Positions 14,912-23,714 of a stretch of DNA of 32,000 nucleotides are shown one piece after another. A program made the translations under genes and the position numbers. The stretch is from contig NZ_CP042911.1 of the NCBI RefSeq assembly GCF_008065095.1, forward strand, positions 8,190,001-8,222,000, in the 5' to 3' direction. This DNA comes from Gemmata obscuriglobus (GTDB lineage: Bacteria > Planctomycetota > Planctomycetia > Gemmatales > Gemmataceae). How positions within the stretch are numbered: the stretch's first letter is position 1; the number at the start of each line of letters is the position of its first letter. The notes under the pieces are model-generated. The model was not told where the DNA came from. It did not search any database and saw nothing but the letters and a program-made list of their open reading frames with translations.

Positions 14912-15132
14912 CCTACCCCCCCGGCCCCCCTCCCTAAAGGGAAGGGGGAGTCCGGTTGGCTCGCCTCCTGCGCACCGGACTCGCTATCGGCGCACGAAGG
15001 TTCATACTCACCTTCTGCCCCGGGAAGGGTGGGACGCGTCGCACCTGCTTCTGGCGCGCCAGGTTTGCTATCGGTGCACGAAGGTTCGATCTCCCCCCTT
15101 CCCTTTAGGGAGGGGGGGCCGGGGGGGGTAGG
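14912..15132. repeat. G/C-homopolymer palindromic element, composite copy B
   Basis: CCTACCCCCCCGGCCCCCCTCCCTAAAGGGAAGGGGGAG (14912-14950) is a near-perfect reverse complement of CTCCCCCCTTCCCTTTAGGGAGGGGGGGCCGGGGGGGGTAGG (15091-15132). An internal direct repeat (GCTATCGGCGCACGAAGGTTCATACTCACC and GCTATCGGTGCACGAAGGTTCGATCTCCCC) marks an extra degenerate unit. Confidence 0.85.
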
Positions 15133-15165
15133 TCTTGGCGCCCGGGGCTTGCGTGCACACATCCC

Positions 15166-16044
15166 TCAATCCTCCCGCTCGAACCGGAGCGCCTCACCCC
15201 CCTCGAACGCCTCCTGGCGCAGCACCTTCCCGTCGCGCACCTGGACCCACGTGCGGGCGATCGCGTCCTCCTTGCGGCGGTACTCGATCACCCAGCACGG
15301 GATGTCCTGGTTCTGCCAGCTCAAGACGCGAGGCTCGCCCGCCACCTCCGCGAGCAGCGGCTCCTTCGGCTTCGCCGCGCCGAGCGGCAGCCCGCTCTTG
15401 GCGAGCTGCTTGCGAATGAGGTCCGCGAGCGCGTCCTGGAGCGGGTTGTACTCGTGAACCACCCACGAGCGCATCCCGCCGTGTATCCCCGCGATCCGGT
15501 TCACCGGCTGCAACGGGTTCAGCGGCTGCCCCTGCCGCACCGGGACCGGTTCCAGATCGGCCTCGAAGTCGCCGAACGAGCTCTTCACCGACCCGTGGCC
15601 GGTCAGCGTGCCGCCGCTGACGGTCCCGCGGACGTCGATCTGCCCCCCGAACCGCGACTTGCCCGCGACCACTTCCAGCTTCCCGCTCAGCGCCTGCTCC
15701 TTGAAGTCGCCGGCGCGGGTCATGCGCACGTCCGAGGTGGCGTCCGGTACCTCCAGGGCGACGCCGCCCTGTTCGAGCCGGAGCTTGCTGTACCGGTAAG
15801 TGAACTGGAACTCGTCGGTCGCGTCGTCGTACTTCATCAGCGTGGTCAGCTTCCCGATGGGCTGCCCGTTGCGGTACAGGGTCCACTTCGCGGGGACGTT
15901 CTGCTTCGCCTCGTCGGCCAGTTCGATGGCGACCGGGGGCGGCCCGGACGCGAACAGCCGCGGCCACACGTCCCGGTACGCGACGTACCCGGTGGTGGCG
16001 ATCCAGAACGCGACGATCCCCGCGACGGCAATACGCGGCGGCAT
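15166..16044 (-). CDS. Membrane-anchored hypothetical protein
   Basis: ATG at 16044 is preceded by AGGTGA. N-terminal TM helix IAVAGIVAFWIATTGYVAY. High GC3. The listed 781-aa ORF extends upstream only as the antisense of ald. An alternative start MMKS lies at 16130. Confidence 0.6.
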   Translation of the reverse strand: MPPRIAVAGIVAFWIATTGYVAYRDVWPRLFASGPPPVAIELADEAKQNVPAKWTLYRNGQPIGKLTTLMKYDDATDEFQFTYRYSKLRLEQGGVALEVPDATSDVRMTRAGDFKEQALSGKLEVVAGKSRFGGQIDVRGTVSGGTLTGHGSVKSSFGDFEADLEPVPVRQGQPLNPLQPVNRIAGIHGGMRSWVVHEYNPLQDALADLIRKQLAKSGLPLGAAKPKEPLLAEVAGEPRVLSWQNQDIPCWVIEYRRKEDAIARTWVQVRDGKVLRQEAFEGGEALRFERED

Positions 16045-16212
16045 GAGGTCACCTGCGACAGGAACCGGCGAGACGTGGCGCCTTCCCAATCCTAGGTAAC
16101 TGACGGCGCGGGGGGCAACCGATTTCATCATGAGAGCCGCGCGACTTGATTCACTCCCCCGCAGCCCCACAATGCCTCTACACACCTCTCCGTTGAATTT
16201 CCGAGGCCATTC

Positions 16213-17316
16213 ATGATTGTCGGCGTTCCGAAAGAAGTGAAGCAGGACGAGTACCGGGTGGCGATGGTGCCCGCGGGCGTGGAAGAGCTGACCCGGGCGG
16301 GGCACACGGTGCTCATCCAGAGCGGCGCCGGCGCGGGGTCCGGCATCAGCGACGACCAGTACGCCGCGACCGGCGCGCAGATCGTGTCGAACGACGCCGA
16401 GGTGTGGGCGCGGGCGGACCTGATCGTGAAGGTGAAGGAGCCGATGCCGTCCGAGTGGCCCCACATGCGCGCGGGCCAGACGGTGTTCACCTACTTCCAC
16501 TTCGCGGCCGACCGGCACCTGACCGAGGCCGTCCTGAAGTCGGGCATCACCGCCATCGCCTACGAGACCATCCGCGACGCGAAGGGCACCCTGCCGCTGC
16601 TCACCCCGATGAGCGAGGTGGCGGGGCGCATGAGCATCCAGGAGGGCGCGAAGTACCTGGAGCGCCCGTTCGACGGCCGCGGCATCCTGCTCGCCGGCGT
16701 CCCCGGCGTGCCGCCGGCCACGGTTTCGGTCATCGGCGCGGGGGTGGTGGGTGCGAACGCCGCCCGGGTCGCGGCGGGGCTGGGCGCGAACGTGTTCATC
16801 CTCGACGTGAACCTGGACCGGCTGCGGTACATCGACGACGTGATGCCGCAGAACGTGACCACGGTGTTTAGCAACCGGCTGAACATCCGCGAGTGCCTCC
16901 AGTTCTCGGACCTTGTTATCGGGGCGGTGCTGATCCCGGGCGCGAAGGCCCCGAACCTGGTTACGCGGGACGACCTGAAGTACATGCTCCCGCGGGCGGT
17001 GGTGATCGACGTGGCGATCGACCAGGGCGGGTGCTTTGAGACGAGCCGCCCGACCACGCACGCGAACCCGACCTACATCGTGGACGACATCGTTCACTAC
17101 TGCGTCACGAACATGCCCGGGGCGGTGGGCCGCACCAGCACCTACGCCCTCACGAACGTGACCCTTCCTTACGCGATGCAACTGGCCAGCAAGGGGCCGG
17201 AACGGGCCGTGAAGGAGAGCCCGGCGCTGCTGGCGGGCGTCAACATCAAGGCCGGGAAGGTGACGAACCAGGCCGTGGCCGAAACCTTCGGCCTGGAGTG
17301 CGTGCCGGCCGTGTAA
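16213..17316 (+). CDS. ald: Alanine dehydrogenase
   Basis: Full-length match by eye to the Ald family: MIVGVPKEVKQDEYRVAMVPAGV..., NAD fold VIGAGVVGANAA, ...DVAIDQGGCFETS...HYCVTNMPGAV. Confidence 0.92.
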   Translation: MIVGVPKEVKQDEYRVAMVPAGVEELTRAGHTVLIQSGAGAGSGISDDQYAATGAQIVSNDAEVWARADLIVKVKEPMPSEWPHMRAGQTVFTYFHFAADRHLTEAVLKSGITAIAYETIRDAKGTLPLLTPMSEVAGRMSIQEGAKYLERPFDGRGILLAGVPGVPPATVSVIGAGVVGANAARVAAGLGANVFILDVNLDRLRYIDDVMPQNVTTVFSNRLNIRECLQFSDLVIGAVLIPGAKAPNLVTRDDLKYMLPRAVVIDVAIDQGGCFETSRPTTHANPTYIVDDIVHYCVTNMPGAVGRTSTYALTNVTLPYAMQLASKGPERAVKESPALLAGVNIKAGKVTNQAVAETFGLECVPAV

Positions 17317-17422
17317 GGCAAATGAAGGAACATCCGCGGCGCGGGCGAGCACAGTACGAGCGACAAGCCTGTCTCTGTTGCATCGAACCGCGCTCGCCCG
17401 CGTCGCGCTGCGGATCGAAATC

Positions 17423-17908
17423 ATGTCCGACCTCGCCCGACAGCTCTTCGGCGCGGACGCGCCGCCCAAACGGCTGGCGCTGATCGTCGATCTTGACGAC
17501 ACGGTCTGCACCAGTTTCGCGTGCCCGCTGCGTGCGGCGCTCGACGTGCTCGCGCGCCTCCACCGACAGAAGGTCGAAGTTCACTACGTCACAGCCCGTA
17601 CCGACGTGAGCCGCCGCGGGACGGAGGACTTCCTGGCGGAGTACCGCCTGCCGGGCTACCGCAACGTCCACTACTGCCCCAACTGGAAAAGCCCCCGGCG
17701 CCACAAAGCCGAGGCCCACGCGACCCTCGCCCGCGAGTACCGGGTGATCGCCAGCATCGGCGACACCGACGAGGAGGAGGGCGAGGCAGCGCGGCTCGCG
17801 GGCGTGCCGTTCGTGCTGGTCGACCGCGACAACCCGTCCACAGCCTGGGCGGCGCTCGCGGATCTGATCCTCGCCGCCGAGGGGTTCATTGTTGAGGAGA
17901 GTTCGTGA
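17423..17908 (+). CDS. HAD-superfamily phosphatase-like protein
   Basis: HAD motif I LIVDLDDTV (DxDxT), motif II YVTART, motif IV IGDTDEEEG. I prefer the ATG at 17423 over the TTG at 17378. Confidence 0.65.
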   Translation: MSDLARQLFGADAPPKRLALIVDLDDTVCTSFACPLRAALDVLARLHRQKVEVHYVTARTDVSRRGTEDFLAEYRLPGYRNVHYCPNWKSPRRHKAEAHATLAREYRVIASIGDTDEEEGEAARLAGVPFVLVDRDNPSTAWAALADLILAAEGFIVEESS

Positions 17909-18747
17909 GCGAAGCCCCGCAACGCTCACTCTGGCGCCGGGCGCGCCGGTGGGCCGTGCTCTTCCTGATCACCTACCTGGGGATCGTCATCGTGTTCTGG
18001 TTCCTCGAACGGCGGCTCGTCTTCGTCCCCACATCGACCCAGGAGGAGTGGCTGGAACCCGAAGACCGCCGCTCGCAAGATGTGTCGTTCGACTCGGCCG
18101 ACGGAAACAAAATCGCGGGGCGCTGGATTCCGCCGGAGACGCCGCACCACGGGGCCGTGCTGGTCGCGAACGGCAACGGCGGCAACCTCACACACCGCGG
18201 CGGGCTCGCGGCCGATTTGCGCCTGGCGACCGGCGCCGGGGTGCTGCTCTTCGACTACCCCGGTTACGGGAAGAGCAGTGGCACACCCTCCGAAAACGGG
18301 TGCTACGCGGCCGGCGAAGCCGCGTACAAGTGGCTCACAGACGAGCAGAAGGTCGCCACGAGCCGCATCATTCTGTACGGCGAATCGCTTGGCGGCGGAA
18401 CCGCGGTCGAACTGGCTACGAAGCGCGAGCACCGGGCGCTCGTTCTCATCTATACCTTTACCAGTCTGCCCGACGCCGCAAAGAACCGCTTCCCGTTCCT
18501 GCCGGCGAAAACGCTGATGCGCACCCGGTTCGACAACCTGTCCAAAATCGCGAAGTGCCCGCGACCGGTGTTCTTCGTTCACGGCAGGGCCGATACGGTG
18601 GTGCCGTTCAGCCACTCGGAGCAGCTCTACGTCGCGGCCAACCAGCCGAAGGAGTTCGTGCGACTCGACGGCATCGGGCATGTGCGGCTGCCCGGCGAAC
18701 TGTACCTGCCGGCGCTGGTATCGTTCCTGAACCGACACGCCCCCTGA
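17905..18747 (+). CDS. Alpha/beta hydrolase with N-terminal membrane anchor
   Basis: The GTG start overlaps the upstream stop (GTGA). TM helix WAVLFLITYLGIVIVFWFL. Nucleophile elbow GESLGGG. Acid and His regions VHGRADTVVPF and GIGH. Confidence 0.75.
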   Translation: MSEAPQRSLWRRARRWAVLFLITYLGIVIVFWFLERRLVFVPTSTQEEWLEPEDRRSQDVSFDSADGNKIAGRWIPPETPHHGAVLVANGNGGNLTHRGGLAADLRLATGAGVLLFDYPGYGKSSGTPSENGCYAAGEAAYKWLTDEQKVATSRIILYGESLGGGTAVELATKREHRALVLIYTFTSLPDAAKNRFPFLPAKTLMRTRFDNLSKIAKCPRPVFFVHGRADTVVPFSHSEQLYVAANQPKEFVRLDGIGHVRLPGELYLPALVSFLNRHAP

Positions 18748-18823
18748 TTGCCCTTCGCGCCGGTTTCGGTTCGCGTTATGTGCATGCCACTCATGGCCCA
18801 TTTCCGGCCCGGGAGGCTTCAGC

Positions 18824-19663
18824 ATGACGCGGTTCACGGTGTTCGCTCTTGCGTTCCTGGGCGCGGCGCCCGTTCTGGCGCAGCCCGCCCCCGCGGCGCC
18901 GCGGTTCAAGTGGGAGGCCGGGAAGGTCCACACGTACCGCGTCGTCCAGCAGACGATCGTGAAGGAAACGGTGCTGGACGAGAAGAGCGAAAAGCCGGTC
19001 GCGACGGAGGCCAAGACGAGCCTCGTTCTCGTGCGCAAGTGGACCGTGAAAGACGTTGACAAGCAAGGCGTTGCGACGCTCGAAATGAGCATCGCGGAGA
19101 TGAAGCAAGAGTTCCGCCAGCCGGACGGGAGCACCACGACCACCGACTCCGCGAAGCCCGAGGACGCGAAGGCGATGGCCGAGTACCTCAACAAGCCGAT
19201 CGTCACGGTCCGCATTGATGCGCAAGGCAAACTGGTCGAGGTGAAAGAAGCGAAGGGCGGGGCCGCGGCGCGGCTGCAAGCGGAGCTGCCGTTCCGCCTG
19301 GTGCTGCCGGACGCCGCTCCCGAGGCGGGCAAGACCTGGGACCGCCCGTTCGCGTTCAAGCTCGACCCGCCCGCCGGCACCGGCGAGAGCTACGACTTCA
19401 CCCAGAAGTACACCAACAAGGGCACGAAGGACGGTTACCTGATCGTGGGCGTGGAAACGGCGCTGAAGGCCCCGCCGAAGACCACCGGCGAGCAGGTGCC
19501 GCTCGTCCCGATGCTCTGGACCGGTGACGTGTACTTCAACACGAGTGCTGGCAAGTATCAGGCGTCGCGCCTCAGCGCGAAGGCCGAACTCGCCAACCAC
19601 CAGGGCGAGGGCACCAAGTTCGTGTACGAGAGCACCTACGCCGAAGACTGCCTGGACAAGTGA
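18824..19663 (+). CDS. Secreted hypothetical protein
   Basis: Signal peptide MTRFTVFALAFLGAAPVLAQPAPA. GGGAGG lies upstream of the ATG. High GC3 and no recognisable motif. Confidence 0.6.
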   Translation: MTRFTVFALAFLGAAPVLAQPAPAAPRFKWEAGKVHTYRVVQQTIVKETVLDEKSEKPVATEAKTSLVLVRKWTVKDVDKQGVATLEMSIAEMKQEFRQPDGSTTTTDSAKPEDAKAMAEYLNKPIVTVRIDAQGKLVEVKEAKGGAAARLQAELPFRLVLPDAAPEAGKTWDRPFAFKLDPPAGTGESYDFTQKYTNKGTKDGYLIVGVETALKAPPKTTGEQVPLVPMLWTGDVYFNTSAGKYQASRLSAKAELANHQGEGTKFVYESTYAEDCLDK

Positions 19664-19686
19664 CCTGCGAACACCCGCACATTCAC

Positions 19687-19714
19687 GAACCGCCGGCCGC
19701 AAGGTCGGCGGTTC
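19687..19714 (+). terminator. Stem-loop downstream of the 18824-19663 gene
   Basis: GAACCGCCG (19687-19695) pairs with CGGCGGTTC (19706-19714) around a 10-nt loop, followed by GGCGTTT (weak U-tract). Confidence 0.4.
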
Positions 19715-19773
19715 GGCGTTTACACAATCGGCTGCACAGGTGTTGTCAAAGCTCGGACGGCATTCGCGCCGTG

Positions 19774-20872
19774 GGCAGGCCATTCACGATGGGGGGCGCC
19801 TTTGTTTTGGTTGCCGCTTTGCGACTGACAGGTCTCTTTTTCGTCAGCTAATAACCGAGCAGTCGATACATGTTTTCTCGTGTATTCTATGCGCTCGAGT
19901 TTATTTTTTGTGGGCATTCGCGCGGGTGCTTTTTTAACCTTGTTCAGGTTAATCTTCTCGGCCCAGGCGCGCAGCAGTTGGTCCAGTTCGGCGCCCGACA
20001 TGGTTCCGAACGCGGCCCATTCGGTGGGCGGGAGGGCGATCATCATGCCCGTGTACACGGTCGCCAACTCGAGGGCCATGTAGTACCCGGGCACCTGGCT
20101 CGCGACCACATCCGCCCCATGTACCGCCCGCCTCGCGGCCTTGAGCACCGCCAGCACGTTGTACCCACCACTTCCACCGCGAACCCGAACAGCGCGGCCT
20201 TCGGATACCCGCGTGTGTTCACCTCGCACCGCCGCGCCACGGTCAACTCGTGGAACGCGCCTTCGATGGCCACCGACCCCGATACAGGACCGCCACCACC
20301 GCCGCGACCGCCTCGTCCTCCGGCACGTCGGCCAGGATCTCGATCTCCGCGTCCCCGTCTCCGGTCGGATGGTCCAACCGCACCCGCACGCAGCGCACCC
20401 GCGGCACCGGCTCCCCGCCCACGCACACCCACACCGGTCGCTCGCTCACCCACCCGGTATCGGTGCGCACTTCCGGGGTCCATTCCCCGGCCGGGTCGAG
20501 TGTGGTGGTCCCGTGTCGGCGGATCGCGAAGAACGCATCGTGGCACCGATCCGCCACATGCCGCACCAGCTCCGCCGACACCGCCGCCTCGATGTTCTGC
20601 AGCTTCTCGTACACCGACTTCAGGGAGGCCGGGATCCGATCGGCCATCTGCTGATACGCCGACTGCACATGATGCGCCTTGCCGCACACCACCGCACCCA
20701 TCAGCTCCACCACCGTGGAGAACAGCAGCTCTCGCGTGTACACGCGCTCCGCCACCCGCGCGAACAGCGCGTCCAGGGCCGAAGCCGATAGCACGTGCTC
20801 GATGCTGGCCCGTGACATGACGTTCAACGGGCTCTCGCTAATGAACCGCTCGAGCACCGCGCCAAGAATCAT
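19774..20872 (-). pseudogene. IS4-family transposase, disrupted by at least two frameshifts
   Basis: Frame 1 (20872-20243) ends ...AVLYRGRW. The motif continues in another frame as (A)IEGAFHELTVARRCEVNTRGYPKAALFGFAV, near 20265-20175. A third frame then carries GYNVLAVLKAARRAVHGADVVASQVPGYYMALELATVY...AEKINLNKVKK. YRGRW-x-IE is the Y-x2-R-x3-E signature of IS4-type DDE transposases. Confidence 0.65.
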
Positions 20873-20952
20873 GAGGCCGCCCGTCCATAGAGCGCACTAA
20901 TCGTTCCCTGGAAACACCTTGCAATTACGGACGGCACCGTGAATGGCCTGCC
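19774..20952 (-). mobile_element. Decayed IS4-like (DDE, YREK-type) insertion sequence
   Basis: Terminal inverted repeats GGCAGGCCATTCACGATG (19774-19791) and CACCGTGAATGGCCTGCC (20935-20952) match at 17 of 18 positions. They enclose a frameshifted transposase reading frame. The 3' portion is lower in GC. No clear target-site duplication was seen. Confidence 0.6.
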
Positions 20953-21024
20953 TCGGGTGCCTCGTCGGCTTGTACCTCGCAATTGGCGGCTCCACGTTCC
21001 TCGACTTTCAGGCGCTTTTCGGCC

Positions 21025-21052
21025 ACCGGTGACCCATCGACGGGTCACCGGT
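21025..21052 (-). terminator. Stem-loop overlapping the 3' end of the small lipoprotein gene
   Basis: ACCGGTGACCC (21025-21035) pairs with GGGTCACCGGT (21042-21052) around a 6-nt loop. It overlaps the stop at 21045-21047. There is no U-tract on the minus strand. Confidence 0.3.
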
Positions 21053-21269
21053 CCTTCGTCCGCACGTCTACATCGACCTTGCGGTCCTTATCGTTGGCTC
21101 CCTTTCCGCGCCCCTGAATGTCAACATCCGCGCCGGGCGTGCGAATGCGGATATCGGTTTCTTTTTCGCGTGCAGCAGGGGGCGTGCTCGGCGCCGGTCG
21201 CTCACACCCAACGAGCATAACGAGCGCAAAGGTAGCGGCAGTTAGAACCGTGGCGCGAACCGGCTTCAT
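21045..21269 (-). CDS. Small lipoprotein (74 aa)
   Basis: ATG at 21269 with AGGAG 7 nt upstream. Signal plus lipobox MKPVRATVLTAATFALVMLVGC. Charged repetitive mature part (DIRIRTPGADVDIQGRGKGANDKDRKVDVDVRTKDR). Confidence 0.65.
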   Translation of the reverse strand: MKPVRATVLTAATFALVMLVGCERPAPSTPPAAREKETDIRIRTPGADVDIQGRGKGANDKDRKVDVDVRTKDR

Positions 21270-21414
21270 TTGTGGCTCCTGCATATCGATGCGTTCTCAA
21301 AACGATGGCCCCCCGGCCACGACTGCAACCGGCGCGCCGAACCAACTGGGGTTCACTTTCGCCCCGCCAGAACGCGATACTAAATGCGTCGCCTTCTGTG
21401 CCCGCAGGTTCTCA

Positions 21415-23610
21415 ATGTCACGCATCCGCCAACTGCCACCCGACGTCGTCAACAAGATCGCCGCGGGCGAGGTGATCGAGCGCCCCGCGTCCGTCGTCAA
21501 GGAACTGCTGGAGAACTCCATCGACGCCGGCGCCACCCGCATCGACATCGACCTCGACGCCGGCGGCACCGAACTCATTCGCGTCGTCGACGACGGGTGC
21601 GGGATCGACCCGGACGACCTCGCGCTGGCGTTCTCGCAGCACGCCACCAGCAAGCTCACCACCGCCGACGACCTGTTTCAGATCCGCACGATGGGGTTCC
21701 GCGGCGAGGCGCTCGCGTCGATCTCGGGCGTCGGGCAAATAACGCTCCAGTCGCGCACGCACACGGCCGCGAGCGGGTGCGAGGTGAAATGCGACGGCAA
21801 CGGGATCTCCGACCCGCGCCCGTGGAACGGCGCCCCGGGGACGCGCATGGAGGTGCGGCACCTGTTCTACAACGTGCCGGTGCGCAAGAAGTTCCTCAAG
21901 AGCGTCGCCACCGAACTCGGGCACGTGTGCGAAACGGTCACGCGCCTCGCGCTCGCGCACCCCGCGCTCCACATCACGCTGCGGCACAACAACCGGCTCG
22001 TGTACGACATCCCCGGCAGCGCCGGCCTCCTGGACCGCATCGCGCTGTTCTTCACCGGCGAGGTGCGCGACGCCCTCTACGAGATCGATTCCGGCGACGG
22101 CCCCATGCGGCTCCGGGGCTACATCGCGGACCCGAAGTGCGACCGCGGCAACTCGAAGCTCCAGTACCTGTTCGTGAACGGCCGCTGGTTCCGCGACCGG
22201 AGCCTGTCGCACGCCCTTCAAGAGTCGTACCGCGGGCTGCTGATGGCGGGCCGGTACACGATCGGCTTCTTGTTCCTCACGCTCCCGCCCGACAAGCTCG
22301 ACGTGAACGTTCACCCGACGAAGTCCGAGGTGCGGTTCCAGGAGAACTCGCTGGTTTACTCGCTCGTGCGGGCCACCATCAAGCAGCGGCTGCTGAAAGA
22401 GAACCTCATCCCGCACCTGACGGTCCCGCAGGGCATTGAGGACGGCGCGCTCGCCGAGGAGCCGGAGCCGAAGATTGAAACGCCGTCGCTGTTCACTTCG
22501 CCGCGGCGCGAGCTGGCGGAGCAGACCCTCGCGCCCTGGGAACTCGGGGCGGCTGCGGACCCGTTCTGGCGCACGCCCGCTGGCGTTCAGGTGCGCGAGG
22601 CACCCGCGGCGCGAGAAGCGGAGCCGGTTCGCACCAGCACGCCGGTCCGGCCGGCGTCATCGTCATCGTTCGGGCCGTCACTGTTCACATCGCGCGTGAC
22701 GGAGCCGCCCTCACGCCCGGTTCCGCCGCCGTCACGCGCAGCGGTTGTCGAAGCGCCAAGCGAAAGACCTGCGGCTCTCACCTCCTCCCCCTTTGAAGAG
22801 CAAGAAGAATCTGAGCCGTCCCCCGTTGACCGCTCTGAAGAAGAGGAGAACACAGACATCGCGCCGAGCGAGTTCGACGCGCAAATCGCGTCCGAAGCGC
22901 CTCCGGCCCCCGCTCGCCAATTTGTGAGCGCTCCGCCGATGGAGCAGATTAGCCCCGGGGAGCCGCAAGAAAGCACACCGGCTCCCGCGCCACCAGCGCC
23001 AGCGAGCACCGCGCCGCCCGTTGCGGGCGCGCCGGCCGGTTCCAGTTCTGCGATTCAGCTTCACGACTCGTACCTCGTGCTCGAAACGCCCGACGGAATG
23101 CTGGTCATTGACCAGCACGCGCTGCACGAGCGCATCCTGTTCGAGCAGCTCCGCCGGCGCATCCGCGCGGGCCAACTCGAGGTGCAGCGGCTCCTGATCC
23201 CCGAGCCTGTCGACTTGCCCGCCGAGCAGGCCGCGCTCGTACTGGAGTGCGCCGACGCGCTCGCCGAACTGGGGCTGGACGTGTCCGATTTCGGCGGCAA
23301 CACGATCCTGCTATCGAGTTACCCCACACTGCTGGGACGCAAACCCCCGCACGTCATCTTGCGCGGGGTGATCGATCACATCGTCACGCAGGAGCGAGCC
23401 CCCACAAAGGAAGCGCTCCTCCACCTGCTGATGGCGACGATGGCGTGTAAGGCCGCGGTGAAGGCCGGTGACAAGCTCTCACCGGAGGAGATCACGTATC
23501 TCCTCCGACTGCGCGAGATGGCCGAGGACAGTCACCACTGCCCGCACGGGCGCCCGACATCACTCCTCTTCAGCCGCGCCGAACTGGACAAGCAGTTCCG
23601 GCGCACGTGA
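21415..23610 (+). CDS. mutL: DNA mismatch repair protein MutL (endonuclease type)
   Basis: GHKL N-terminus MSRIRQLPPDVVNKIAAGEVIERPASVVKELLENSIDAGA. C-terminal endonuclease motif DQHALHERILFE at 23110-23145, plus ACKAAVKAGD and CPHGRP. Long Pro/Glu/Ser-rich linker. The listed start at 21118 overlaps the divergent lipoprotein gene. Confidence 0.92.
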   Translation: MSRIRQLPPDVVNKIAAGEVIERPASVVKELLENSIDAGATRIDIDLDAGGTELIRVVDDGCGIDPDDLALAFSQHATSKLTTADDLFQIRTMGFRGEALASISGVGQITLQSRTHTAASGCEVKCDGNGISDPRPWNGAPGTRMEVRHLFYNVPVRKKFLKSVATELGHVCETVTRLALAHPALHITLRHNNRLVYDIPGSAGLLDRIALFFTGEVRDALYEIDSGDGPMRLRGYIADPKCDRGNSKLQYLFVNGRWFRDRSLSHALQESYRGLLMAGRYTIGFLFLTLPPDKLDVNVHPTKSEVRFQENSLVYSLVRATIKQRLLKENLIPHLTVPQGIEDGALAEEPEPKIETPSLFTSPRRELAEQTLAPWELGAAADPFWRTPAGVQVREAPAAREAEPVRTSTPVRPASSSSFGPSLFTSRVTEPPSRPVPPPSRAAVVEAPSERPAALTSSPFEEQEESEPSPVDRSEEEENTDIAPSEFDAQIASEAPPAPARQFVSAPPMEQISPGEPQESTPAPAPPAPASTAPPVAGAPAGSSSAIQLHDSYLVLETPDGMLVIDQHALHERILFEQLRRRIRAGQLEVQRLLIPEPVDLPAEQAALVLECADALAELGLDVSDFGGNTILLSSYPTLLGRKPPHVILRGVIDHIVTQERAPTKEALLHLLMATMACKAAVKAGDKLSPEEITYLLRLREMAEDSHHCPHGRPTSLLFSRAELDKQFRRT

Positions 23611-23714
23611 GTCCCTGCTCCAGCGACGGTCGCGGCTCGTGTAACGGGCGGGTGGGCTTCCGGGCGGCGTTCGGTTACACTCAACCGGACGCCGCCCCGA
23701 GGAATCCACTCGCT

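Noticed and set aside
14980-15100. tRNA-like T-loop string GGTTCGATCTCC / GGTTCATACTCAC inside repeat copy B (possible tRNA-derived SINE or tRNA gene)
   Set aside because: The flanking bases do not form a T-stem (GAAGG is not followed by CCTTC at the right spacing). No acceptor, D or anticodon arms can be drawn. I saw no tRNA cloverleaf anywhere in the window.
5450-15132. Possibility that the recurring repeats form a CRISPR array
   Set aside because: The copies are kilobases apart, occur as inverted pairs rather than evenly spaced direct repeats, and have no spacer periodicity. No cas genes are present.
17341-17401. Inverted repeat GCGGGCGAGC ... GCTCGCCCGC downstream of ald as a terminator
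   Set aside because: The 10-bp arms are separated by a 41-nt loop and there is no U-tract. It is too loose to call.
20243-20300. Programmed ribosomal frameshifting in the IS transposase
   Set aside because: There is no slippery heptamer at either frame change, and IS4-type transposases are normally single ORFs. Two independent indels fit decay (or sequencing error) better.
19870-20820. 316-aa plus-strand ORF across the IS element
   Set aside because: It is a Pro/Arg/Ala-rich antisense frame of the transposase pseudogene with no motif support.
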